From assembly GCF_006345805.1 (NCBI RefSeq), contig NC_043000.1, positions 4,402,001 through 4,466,000 of the forward strand: a stretch of 64,000 bases of DNA, in the 5' to 3' direction. Shown piece by piece: positions 37,252 to 49,096 of the stretch. The DNA comes from Octopus sinensis. Lineage: Eukaryota. Every line of letters begins with the position of its first letter. The first letter of the stretch is position 1. Under the pieces are notes generated by a model. It did no database searches and had not been told where the DNA came from. It saw only the letters and a list, made by a program, of their open reading frames with translations. Both the position numbers and the translations under genes were made by a program.

Positions 37252-37282
<31 letters not shown>

Positions 37283-37321
37283 ACGATGATGACGATGATG
37301 ACGATGATGACGATGATGACG

Positions 37322-37359
<38 letters not shown>

Positions 37360-37385
37360 CAGTTGCAGTAGCAGCAGCAGCAGCA

Positions 37386-37419
<34 letters not shown>

Positions 37420-37420
37420 A
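36605..37420. repeat. (CT)-rich tract, RTE 3' UTR (36900-37230, +) and (GAT)/(AGT) microsatellites
   Basis: Direct inspection. Confidence 0.75.
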
Positions 37421-37769
37421 CATTTTATTTCCTGTTGCTCCAGTTCACTCAGCTGACAAAAAATGAATAGTATTTGTATTTTGAAGGGCCAGCCTTGTCA
37501 CATTCTATGTCACACTGAATCTCCCTAAGAACTACGTTAAGGATATATATATGTTTGTGGCGTACCCAGCCATTTGCACGTTAATTTCAAGAGCATGTTG
37601 TTCCATTGATCAGATGATCAGATCAACCAGAACACTTGCTGCCATAACCAATTGAATGGTTATGACAAGTGGTGAGGGGGGGGGAACAAACACGGACACA
37701 AAGACACACACTCACAGATATTTATACGATGGGCTTCTTTCAGTTTCCATCCACCAATCCATTCACAAC

Positions 37770-38160
37770 AGGACCAGATTAAGACCCATCGAGGCCCTAA
37801 GCAAATAAAAGATTTTGTGTACCATAAAAGATTATGTAATTCCAAATATAAACAATAACAAACCATAAAATGAATTTTTAATTTTCAAAACAAAATAAAA
37901 CAGTAAGAGGGAAAATAATGTATATTTTTGTATACTTCCACTTTATTTATACTTGAGAAGTTTCCTCCTGTTTTTTGAATTGCAAAGTCTTTGGTCAGAT
38001 CCTCAAAATTAATCTTAGGTAACACATCTGCATCTATTCTTAGTAGAGATAAAGGCTTCCCAAATATTATTTTAGCAAGTTTAAAGTGATTTCTTTTGTG
38101 CAATAAACCATTTACTATTTTTGTGGTGCCCCCTCCTTCTATTGATGACCTATGCATGTG
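37770..38160 (-). mobile_element. hAT transposase C-terminal remnant inserted into a SINE family 2 copy
   Basis: LSLLRIDADVLPKINFEDLTKDFAIQK; TIR-like caggaccagattaagaccc. Confidence 0.65.
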
Positions 38161-38657
38161 TTTATTTTGCTTAATGGTTAATCCAGCACTGATTTACAAG
38201 GCTTTGGTCAGCCCAAGGCTACAATAAAAGACACTTACTGAAGGTGCCATGCAGTGGGACTGAACCTGGAGTCATGTGGTTGGGAAGCAAGCTCCTGGCC
38301 ATGCAGCTGCACCTGCACCCTTGATTCCTATTTCACTCAGATGGACCCTCATAACCATTTGGTCTTTAAAAAATCCCTGGGGTGGTGGGGTGGGGGCAAA
38401 GCCCAAGGGCTACCACAGCTGGTACACACTCTAGCTATACAACTTCAATAGCTACCTACATTATATTGTTATCAAAGCAGTGTTGCACAGCTCTTCATGC
38501 TTCAGTCTTCCTGGTTGACAATAGGTTCCACTACACTACTTCAGATGAGTGCTTAGTAATAAGAATGATGCCATAATAATGATGATGATGATGATGATGA
38601 TGATGATGGTGATGGTTGTGGTGGTGGTGGTGGTGGTGGTGGTGGTGGTGGTGGTGG

Positions 38658-38698
<41 letters not shown>

Positions 38699-39114
38699 TT
38701 GATGGCTACAAATGAAAACCAAAAATTTCAACCATATTAGAACAGAAAATAAATTGACTTAAAGCAGTACAAAAAGAAAATGTAGATGAAGAACTACCAT
38801 CAGATAAGTAGATTGTTCATCAATGATTTGTTTTAGAATTGGAAGACATTTGCAAATATTGGTAAAATCATTTCCATTATGTTATACGGTTCTTTGTAGT
38901 TCTATTGGCAACATTTTGTCAAGTAAAATACAATATATTCATATATTGGTTAACCTGACATTTATTTCCAATACATATTGATCACAGCTTTGATATTTAT
39001 TCCTTATTTAAAAAGACTGGATCATGAATTAGCAGTAAAAAAATAGAGGATTGGTTTAACTACATTACAAAATTTTTCACAATCTACAATCTAAAGAATC
39101 TAGTCCTTTTCTAT

Positions 39115-39830
39115 TGACCAATGCTGGCTGTTGTTGTCGGAGTTTCTTATGCATTTCATCCATTTGCTGACAGTACTTCTCCACCATAATATTTTCGCCT
39201 GGATCCAAAAAGCTGTGATAGAGGAGATCGGCTGCAGGCCACCAAACAATCACCATGACCTTCTTTTGGAGCAGCTTTGGCTTCAGGAAGTGCTGTAGAG
39301 CTACGTCGTCATCCAGCCATTGAGCTGAGCATCACCAGTTGTCGTAAAGAATCCACTTTTCATCACAAGTCACAATCCAGTCAAGAAACGGGTCATTCTT
39401 GTTGCGTAAAAGAAGAGAAGACAATACTTCAAAATGGCATTTTTTTTTTGGTTGTCGTTCAGTTTGTGCAGCACCCATTTCTCAAGTATTTTTGTTTTTC
39501 CAATGTCTTTCAAGTGGTTGGAAATTGTCATATACATTATGTCCAATTCAGAAGCAAGCTCTTGAACAGTTGTGCATGGATTGGCTTCCACTAAGGCTCT
39601 TAGTTAATTGTTGTCAACATCCTATGGCCAACCACTATGCTTATCATCTTCAAGACTCTCGTCACCACTACGAAATTTCTTGAATCACCATTGTGCTGTA
39701 TGTTCATTAGTAGTTCCTGGGTCAAATGCATTGTTGATGCTGCAAGCTGTTTCAGCAGCTTTTCGGCCTACCTGGGACTGGAATAAGAAAATTGTGCGAA
39801 TTTGCTTTTTGTCCATGTTGTATTCAACAT
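39115..39830 (-). mobile_element. Mariner transposase remnant
   Basis: MDKKQIRTIFLF..GRKAAETA; EANPCTTVQELA; IVTCDEKWILYDN. Confidence 0.85.
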
Positions 39831-40090
39831 TCCAGAAAAAATGGCCTAATTATTCAAAACGAAAAAGAGTAACATGATTAGATAAAGCGAAAAATGAACT
39901 TTAAAATAATATATAAAGTCAAAGTAATTTGACGACAATCAATTTAAAAATACGGAGATGTACTCGCATAGCAAGTGATTTGATCTGAGATTGTGTGCTG
40001 GAACGAAAACAATTGCAGCATGGAAGGTGTTTATAAGCCATTTAAGAAACACACAAAAGCCGTTCGATTCACTTCAACATTTAAGTTTAA

Positions 40091-40140
40091 TTTGTCAAAA
40101 TATTTTCGTCGCTAAAATCCGCGACCTGTTCACTGACAAA
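40091..40140 (-). ncRNA. Putative minimal type I hammerhead ribozyme, G3:C8 core variant
   Basis: UUUGUCA-GUGAACA-G-GUCGC ggauuuua GCGAC-GAAA-AUAUU-U-UGACAAA. Confidence 0.65.
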
Positions 40141-40159
40141 AATCCATGCAGCACGGATT

Positions 40160-40209
40160 TTTGTTAGTGAACAGGTTGCGGATTTTAGCGACGAAAATAT
40201 TTTGACAAA
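40160..40209 (+). ncRNA. Second-arm copy of the G3:C8 hammerhead motif
   Basis: GUGAACA at 40167-40173; both stem substitutions give G.U wobbles. Confidence 0.6.
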
Positions 40210-40680
40210 TTAAACTTAAATGTTGAAGTGAATCGAACGGCTTTTGTGTGTTTCTTAAATGGCTTATAAACACCTTCCACGCTGCAATAATTTAAAAATA
40301 CACCATTTAAAACCAAAATTTAAAATTCTGCAAGAACTTTCTTGAAAACCTAATAATAGAATGGGGGACCATAATAAAGTAGTGAAATTCCTTTCAAATC
40401 TTCTATGACATCATGCCCAGTCATGGTGAAATATAACTTTGCTTGAAACTAGTGAGGGTTGGTGACAGGAGGGGCATTGATCATAGAAAATCTACCTCAA
40501 CAAGTTTCATCTGACCCAACAAGCATGAAAGAGTGGACATTAAAAAAATCATGAAGATGGTGATGATGATGATGATGATGATAAAGAGGAGGAGGATAAG
40601 GATAACAACGATGATGAGGACAACAATGATGATGATGATATGTTCACAAATGTAATCTTAGACATACAAAAAGATGTTTT

Positions 40681-40989
40681 TTTTTTTGTTTGTTCCTTCT
40701 TGAGCCATGCCTGGCTCATAAGGGCCAGTTTCTCGGTTTCTTGGCGTATAGGTTACCCACCTGGATGGGAAGCCAGTCCGTCGCAGGTGAGCTGCAAGAT
40801 GCAGGAGGAAAGAGTGAGAGAAAGTTGTGGCGAAAGAGTCAGCAGAAGTTTCGCCATTTGCTTCTGCCGGAGCCGCGTGGAGCTAAGGTGTTTCGCTCGT
40901 AAACACACACATCGTCCAGTCTGAGATTCGAACCCGTGATGCCTCGACCGTGGGTCCGCTGCTCTAACCACTAGGCCATGTGCTTCTAC
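40681..40989 (-). mobile_element. SINE family 3
   Basis: Full-length copy. Confidence 0.85.
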
Positions 40990-41361
40990 AATACAAAAAG
41001 ACGGGATGGTCATGGCTGGAATGATTTCAATCATAGGTCTGTTTAATCAGTGTAGGCTTCAGGTTTAGCATCAACGGTAACAACAACAACAACAACAACC
41101 CAATATGCTCAATCATAAGAAATCGATACCATGACAGTAATTGTATTTTTGTTACTTTCCAGTCTAAGAATTCATTATGAGAAAGCAATTAAATATCTCT
41201 ACAAACATATGCATGTATGTATGTATGTATGTATGTATGTATGTATGTATGTATGTATGTATGTATGTATGAACATACGTATGTGTGTATGTATGAATGT
41301 ATGTACATATGTACGTATGTATGTATGTATGTATGTGTATGTATGTATGTATGTGTGTATG

Positions 41362-41410
<49 letters not shown>

Positions 41411-41892
41411 ATATATATACACACACATATATATATGTGTGCGTATATATATGTATAAATATATATTTGTCGGTGCAGCTTAATACATATGGTGCCAAAA
41501 TTCAGAGATAATATTTTCCTAGGAGATTGATACAGTTGTCGGACATTTCCAATATTAATTTCAGGTTTATGAGATACATATCAAAGATAGAATTCTTTAT
41601 ATTGATACTTTGTTCCAAATAGCAGCACAAAGTAGAGAAAAGTGAATTCTATGAAACTGTCCCTTTTAATTTCCAAAGATACTCGTTGATATTGGTTGTT
41701 TCTGTAAAAGACTTTCTCTCAACACCTTATATGTATGAACAAATGCACTTAAAGATATATTCTCTCTTTCTTTCTTTCTCTCTCTCTTTCTCTCTCTCTT
41801 TCTTTCTTTCTCTCTCTCTCTTTCTCTCTCTCTCTTTCTCTCTCTCTCTCTCCCTCTATATACATATGTGTGTGTATATATATATATATCTG

Positions 41893-42295
41893 TTCTTTTA
41901 TTCTTTTACATGTTTCAGTCATTTGACTGCGGCTATGCTGGAGCACCACCTTTAGTCGAACAAACTGACCCCAGGACTTATTTTTTGTAAGCCTAATACT
42001 TATTCTATCAGTCTGTTTTGCCAAACTGCTAAGTTACAGGGATGTCAACACACCAGCATTGATTGTCAAGAGATGGTGGAGAGACAAACACAGTCACACA
42101 AATACATACATACATACATATATATATATTTATATATATACGACAAGCTTCTTTCAGTTTCCATCTACCAAATCCACTCACAAAGCTTTGGTCAGCCAAA
42201 GGCTATAGTAGAAGACACTTGCCCAAGGTGCCATGCAGTGGGACTGACCCAGGACCATGTGGTTGGGAAGCAAACTTCTTACCACACAGCGACAC
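41893..42295 (-). mobile_element. SINE family 2
   Basis: Full-length copy. Confidence 0.8.
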
Positions 42296-42496
42296 CTATA
42301 TATATATACAAAGAGAGAGAGAGGGAGAGAGAGAGAGAGAAAGATAGATAGATTGATAGATAGATAGATATATTATGTATGTGTATGTAACATTATACTA
42401 TATGCATATACAGATATATATTTATTGCACACACACTCTCATATATATATATATTATATATATATATATATACACATACATACATACATATATATA

Positions 42497-42528
<32 letters not shown>

Positions 42529-42695
42529 ACAAAAGGGACATTAGCCATTTGAATGTGGTTAGGGACAGGGCAGGGCGGTGGGGGTGTTACTGATGCATTT
42601 AGCCCCAGGCGATCATCAACGTCACCAGATAGGCTTGACACCATCACGGTGTCCTCTATCCTGCAAAGGGAGATCATTCCCCGAAGAAGCGGATG

Positions 42696-42744
42696 CCACA
42701 CACGGACCCAGGTTTCAAGGTGTTTGCCTCTCGTCAACGTATGG
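42696..42744 (-). ncRNA. Minimal type I hammerhead ribozyme motif (U3.G8, GUC triplet)
   Basis: Reverse complement of 43174-43222. Confidence 0.65.
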
Positions 42745-43173
42745 TAGGCACCGCCCCTCGACGAACGACTCTCTGTGCAGGATATTTATATATAGATTTT
42801 CACGTAAATACATTTACTGATTTCGAAAATCTGTTCGACAGCAATAATAATTCTCTAAACGAGATATAGACAGTAACTGCTCCATAACAAAAGGGACATT
42901 AGCCATTTGAATGTGGCTAGGGACAGGGCAGGGCGGTGGGGGTGTTACTGATGCATTTAGCCCCAGGCGATCATCAACGTCACCAGATAGGCTTGACACC
43001 ATCACGGTGTCCTCTATCCTGCAAAGGGAGATCATTCCCCGAAGAAGTCTATATCTCGTTTAGAGAATTATTATTGCTGTCGAACAGATTTTCGAAATCA
43101 GTAAATGTATTTACGTGAAAATCTATATATAAATATCCTGCACAGAGAGTCGTTCGTCGAGGGGCGGTGCCTA

Positions 43174-43222
43174 CCATACGTTGACGAGAGGCAAACACCT
43201 TGAAACCTGGGTCCGTGTGTGG
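43174..43222 (+). ncRNA. Minimal type I hammerhead ribozyme motif (U3.G8, GUC triplet)
   Basis: CAUACG-UUGACGA-GAGG caaaca CCUU-GAAA-CCUGG-GUC-CGUGUG. Confidence 0.65.
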
Positions 43223-43639
43223 CATCTGCTTCTTCGGGGAATGATCTCCCTTTGCAGGATAGAGGACACCGTGATGGTGTCAAGCCTATCTGGTGACGTT
43301 GATGATCGCCTGGGGCTAAATGCATCAGTATAACACCCCCACCGCCCTGCCCTGTCCCTAGCCACATTCAAATGGCTAATGTCCCTTTTGTTATGGAGCA
43401 GTTACTGTCTATATCTCGTTTAGAGAATTATTATTGCTATATATATATATATATATATATAGATATATAGATAGATAGATAGGTAGATAGATAGGTAGAT
43501 AGATAGATAGATAGACAGATAGGTAGATAGATAGAAATATTATGTATATGTATGTAACATTATACTATATGTTACATATAGATATATATTTATAGCATGC
43601 ACATTCTCATATATATATATATTTATATATATATATATT

Positions 43640-43998
43640 ATGGAGATGTACTTTAATAGCAAGTGACCTAATCTGAGATCATGTGATGAAACAAAAACAA
43701 TTGCAGCATGAAAGGTGTTTATAAGCCATTTAAAAACGCACAAAAACCGTTAGATTTGCTTCAACATTTAAATTTGATTTGCCGAAATATTTTCATCGCT
43801 TTGACACTGCGACCTGTTCACTGAAAAATTCCATGCTGCATCTCAAAATTCCGTGCAGCACAGAATTTTGGCAGTGAACAGATCACAATCTCAAAGCGAC
43901 GAAAATATTTTGGCAAATTAAATTTGAATGTTGAAGTGAATCTAACAGTTTTTGTATGTTTTTAAATCGCTTATAAACATCTTCCACATTGCAATTGT
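43640..43998. mobile_element. Fold-back family B, second and more diverged locus, with two G3:C8 hammerhead-like cores
   Basis: GUGAACA at 43815-43821 (-) and 43874-43880 (+), each followed by stem II and GAAAAUAUUU. Confidence 0.75.
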
Positions 43999-43999
43999 A

Positions 44000-44860
44000 T
44001 ATATCATCATCATCATCCTCATCATCATCATTTAATGTCTATTTCCCATGCTGGCATGGGTTGGATGGTTTGACTAAAAACTTATAGGCTGGGGAGCTGC
44101 ACTAGATTTCAATTTGATTTGGCATGGTTTCTGTGGCTGGATTCCCTCCCTAATGCCAATCACTCCAAGAGTGTAGTGAGTGCTTTTTATGAGCCACCAG
44201 TATGGGTACCAGTTACATGACACAGGTATTGGCCATGACTATGATCTCAGTTGGCTTGATAGGTCTTCTCAAACACAGCATATCACCCAGCGTTGAAAGG
44301 GTGCCACTGGCATGAGTGCCAGTAACACAACATTGGCATCAGCCATGGCTGCAATTTCACTTGGCTTCATTGACAGGAAGGGAATCCAGCCGTAGAAAAT
44401 CCACCAGGACAAATTTTGATCAAACCGATGCAAGTATGGAAAAGTGGATGTTAAAATGACAATGAGGACAACTACGATGATGACAATGACAACAGCAACG
44501 ACAATGGCAACAATGATGACAATGACGATGACGACGATGACGATGATGACGATGACGACAAGAATGATGACAACAATGACAACGACAACGATGATGACAA
44601 TGATGATGATGATGACGATGACGACGACGACAAGAATAACAATGACAATGGTGACGATAACGACAAGAATGACAACAACAATGACAACAACGACAACGGC
44701 AACAATGATGACAAAGACGATGATAACAATGACGATGATGACGACGATGACGATGATGATGATGATGTCAATGACAATTACGAGGATGACGACAAGAATG
44801 ATGACGACAACAATAATGATGACGGTATTGATAACAACAACGATGACGAAGACAATGATA
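44000..44860. repeat. Head-to-head RTE 3' UTR fragments and (GAC/GAT/AAC)n microsatellite
   Basis: Direct inspection. Confidence 0.7.
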
Positions 44861-45595
44861 CCAGAAAAATATAAGGCAAAGTTGAGCTCACCACGTTTTG
44901 AAACTTAAACTATTCAAACAAATACTGCAAGGCATTTTGTCCTGAGGCTCTAACACTTTCACAAATTCTTACAGTGAAATAAAATTTGACTGACAGAACC
45001 CAAGATCAGAGCAAAAGAACTCAGGTATTGAACAAGCTAAAACTAACTTTAATTCATCATTATTCTATATCCTCTGTAAAGTTTATTTCTTCCCAGCTGT
45101 CATGATGCCAAGCAGAAACATCTCAGCCAAATAGAAACGTCTTTCTTAACTCACATGAGGGCCAGCCAATTTCTCTAATAATGTTAGTTTGATAATTTAA
45201 TAAATGTTTAGAAATTCCTAATAAAGCGATATTTCGTGAAAATTTATAAATTCAGAATACTAAAGTATGTTCATACATTTAAAACTTATAGTCTTATTAT
45301 GGCATAAAACTCTTGGGATATACATTGTACATAAATATTCAGTAGTACAATGGATAGATTAACCAGACTGTACTTCCATCATCGTCATCGTCGTCATCAT
45401 TTAACATGCTTGACATAAATCAGATGAAGTTTATTGAGGCAGATTTTCTACTACTGGATACCTTTGCTGTTGCCAACCCTTACCTCTTTTCAAGCAAGCT
45501 ACTATTTCCCCCAAGGCCAAACATGTGTTTTTTTACAGGAGACAGAAAATGAACAACCTTGATAGTTATGATGATGATGCTCATTTACAAGGTTG

Positions 45596-45599
<4 letters not shown>

Positions 45600-45672
<73 letters not shown>

Positions 45673-45733
45673 ACTCATATGCACATACATACATGTCTCA
45701 ATCAATCTTTCCATTCATCCATCTATTTATCTA

Positions 45734-45823
<90 letters not shown>

Positions 45824-45835
45824 CTCACTCTCTCT

Positions 45836-45870
<35 letters not shown>

Positions 45871-45929
45871 CCATCTATTTATCTGTCTGTCTGTCCATCC
45901 GTCTGTTTGTCAGTTTGTCTGTCTGTCTA

Positions 45930-45965
<36 letters not shown>

Positions 45966-46050
45966 CATCCGTCTGTCTGTCTGTCTGTCTGCCTGTCTAT
46001 CTATCCATCTATATGTCTGTCTGTCTGTCCATCTATCTATCTAGCCATTT
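45600..46050. repeat. (CA)n, (ATCT)n, (GTCT)n microsatellites
   Basis: Direct inspection. Confidence 0.9.
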
Positions 46051-46694
46051 TTAAAAAAAAGTTTGGCTTCTTCTTTAGATAGGCCTCATACTTTGAGTGC
46101 CAATCAGATGAGGTTGCAATAGAAGGTTCATTCTCATTGTACTGTTCCATTCTGTGGTCACTGACATGTGGACATGCCCGAAGGCCCTATTCAGCTGACA
46201 AGTTCATGAAATGCTGTTACCACCATCACCTCATCCGACCACATGTGAATACCCTCAGCACTGCTATCATAGTCACCCTCCACCTCCGTCTTGGTGGCAT
46301 CTGTGCTTCCTCATCCTTTCATTTACTTATTTGTTTTTTAATGTTAATATTGTAAAGGTATTGGACTGGATGGGATTGCCCATGGTCAGTCCACTGCAAG
46401 ATGAAGGCCTCAGTATGGTCTCCCCACTCAACCATAGTCTGATGTGGAGGCTGTGAATTTGATCTTGAGATCATACTGGTTTGATGAGCCTACTCTGCCA
46501 CACTGACTCAACATGGCTTTGGAGAGGGGTGCAGTTTTTATACTCACACCCAGGAGTAGTTAAGTCAAATACTTGACCCCACTGTTCAACTGGTATTTAT
46601 TTTAATGCATTTCTATATTTAAGAGATGAAGAATTATATACATTATTTACATTATTTACGTTCGACGATATTTGTCCTCGTCTTGTTTGTTGTT

Positions 46695-46740
46695 AACACA
46701 ATGTTTCAGCTGATATACCCTCCAGCCTTCTTCAGGTGTC
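46695..46740 (-). ncRNA. Minimal hammerhead motif (CUGAAGA), CpG-decayed
   Basis: GACAC-CUGAAGA-A-GGCUG...CAGCU-GAAAC-AUU-GUGUU. Confidence 0.6.
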
Positions 46741-46946
46741 TTGGGGAAATTTCGAACTGGGTTCTCATTCCTAAGGTATTTTTCGATGTTATTATTATTA
46801 TTATTGTTATTGTTATTGTTCAGGTCACTGCTTGGAATTGATCTCGGAATTTTGGGGTTAGTAGCCCACACTCTTAATCACTACGCCATATGCTCATGGG
46901 CATATGGCTTAGTGATCTAAACAATAACAACAACAACAACAACAAC

Positions 46947-46980
<34 letters not shown>

Positions 46981-47027
46981 TCAAAAAATAGCTTAGGAAT
47001 GAAAACCCAAGTTTGAAATTTCCCCAA

Positions 47028-47073
47028 GACACCTGATGAAGGCTGGAGGGTATATCAGCTGAAACATTGTGTT
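47028..47073 (+). ncRNA. Minimal hammerhead motif (CUGAUGA), CpG-decayed
   Basis: CUGAUGA at 47033-47039; GAAAC at 47061-47065. Confidence 0.65.
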
Positions 47074-48110
47074 AACAACAAACAAGATGAGGACAAATAT
47101 CTATCGAATGTAAATAATGTAAATAATGTGATATTTAGAAAAGGACAAAAGGCAAAGTCAACCTCAGAAGAATTTGAACATGGAACATATGGACAGATGA
47201 AATACTACTAAGCATTTCACCCAGCGTGCCAGTGATTTGACCAGCTTGCTGCCTGTATAGCTATATTCATCATAATGAAGCCTATTGTATGAGTTGTTCT
47301 GATCACATTGTACAATGTTAACATAAATATACTACGGTTTACTAATTTGATTCTATGCTGTGTAGGTGTATTGATTGTAATTAAGCCTATCATATGAATT
47401 ATTCTGATCAAACTGTAGAACTTTACAGCAAAAACCCATAAATTTTCTTGGCTATTAAAACTGCTTACACATGTTGTTGCTGCTGTTGTTGTTGCGCAAC
47501 AGATCAATCCTAATGAAGCAATGTAAAGGCTGCCATATTTGCTTGTATATCTAATTTATAATGCTATATAATGTTATATAATAAATCTGATTATTTATGT
47601 AATAAACATCATATATTAACAACTAAACAGTATATAATATACATACATACATGTGTTTGAGTGTGTATGTGCGTGCGCATGTGTGAGTGTGTAATTATAT
47701 ATATATATATATATGTATGTATTATGTTATATATAAAAGATATTAACTGGATATATTATAAACTACATGTAAGATGTAACATATTACACATGGTATAAAG
47801 CATATCTAATTATTTCTTATATTATTTAGGCTCCAGGTCAACCATGATTCAGTGAAATCTATGATCAAAGATTTCTAATCATGATCGTTCTATGTTTCAT
47901 TTATCTCATAGTCTACTTTATCAATATGTTCCTTTTTCTCTTTTTCATTTGTTTGATAGTGAATTGAGATGATTTGCAGGTGATTTTGTTGGTATTTTTA
48001 GCAGGTCAAGGTAACCATACAAAGGCTTTCTCTCTCATTGGCTCTCAAGCTCACACATTCTCCACCAAGATATATCTGTTTAGCTAGTTATAAATCCCCA
48101 TATATATATA

Positions 48111-48513
48111 GGAGTGGCTGTGTGGTAAGTAGCTTGCTAATCAACCACATGGTTGCGGGTTCAGTCCCACTGCGTGGCATCTTGGGCAAGTGTCTTCTGC
48201 TATAGCCCCGGGCCGACCAATGCCTTGTGAGTGGATTTGGTAGACGGAAACTGAAAGAAGCCTGTCATATATATGTATATATATGTATATATATATATGT
48301 GTGTGAGTGTGATTGTGTGTCTGTGTTTGTCCTGTAGCATTGCTTGACAACCGATGCTGGTGTGTTTACGTCCCCGTTACATAGTGGTTCGGCAAAAGAG
48401 ACCGATAGAATAAGTACTGGGTTTACAAAGAATAAGTCCCGGGGTCGATTTGCTCGACTAAAGGCGGTGCTCCAGCATGGCCGCAGTCAAATGACTGAAA
48501 CAAGTAAAGAGTA
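48111..48513 (+). mobile_element. SINE family 2
   Basis: Full-length copy. Confidence 0.85.
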
Positions 48514-48919
48514 TATATATATATATATATTATATATATGAGAAAAACATCCCCTGTCCAATGGACAGTGCTGAGTTGTCAAACATTTAAACCAAATTTT
48601 CTCAAAACAACTTGTCCGACCATCCCATAGGCCTCTCCTTTGAGAAACACTGATTTAACCTAAATTTGAGACACCAGCAAAAGAAGAAATAAAGATAGAC
48701 TTTTTTTTTATTCCAAAGAAAAACGATTTTATTCACACCAATATGCAACTGAAGAGTTTAAAGTACCAGTAATGATAAGGCTGTTGACTGGGAGAGCACA
48801 AACATGGTTTAAACAGTAAGCTTGGCAGGAAAGAAACATGCCTTAAAGTAGTACAGAAACAACAAAAAATGGAAGGTGCAGTTATGTACAGGTTGACGGA
48901 AGAAAAGCAGGACAAAAAC

Positions 48920-49096
48920 GGCTTTATCGATGGCATTCTCACCTGGAATCGGTTTTTGTAATTTTTTCAAGACTTATTCACGCCCTGATACTGTCGGTAT
49001 CTACATATCAAATTTGAGGGCAATCGGATGGAAGGTGCCCGAGATCCTAGAAGACACACACACAGACAGACAGAACGGATTTTATATAATAGATAG
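48920..49096 (+). mobile_element. Helitron/Helentron-like 3' fragment
   Basis: caaatttgagggcaatcggatg...(ca)n gacagacagaacggattttatataatagatag. Confidence 0.5.

Larger units (their letters stand above)
39953..40288. mobile_element. Fold-back repeat (family B), 134-bp arms 40012-40145 / 40155-40288
   Basis: Near-perfect inverted arms; second locus at 43640-43998. Confidence 0.85.
42526..43438. mobile_element. Retrozyme-like / Penelope pLTR-like 358-bp unit (family C): ~1.46 tandem copies plus ~1.09 inverted copies
   Basis: ataacaaaagggaca at 42526 and 42884; inverted block 43047-43438 with 32-bp terminal redundancy; about 99% identity. Confidence 0.8.
46620..47130. mobile_element. Head-to-head pair of a tRNA-headed, hammerhead-bearing SINE-like element (family D)
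   Basis: Minus-strand A box 46878-46888 and B-box-like 46834-46845, then (AAT)n, hammerhead and tail; inverted copy 46900-47129 with most of the head deleted. Confidence 0.7.

Noticed and set aside
47469-47509. 41-nt minus-strand micro-exon candidate
   Set aside because: Low-complexity (CAA/CAG) content and no partner exons identified
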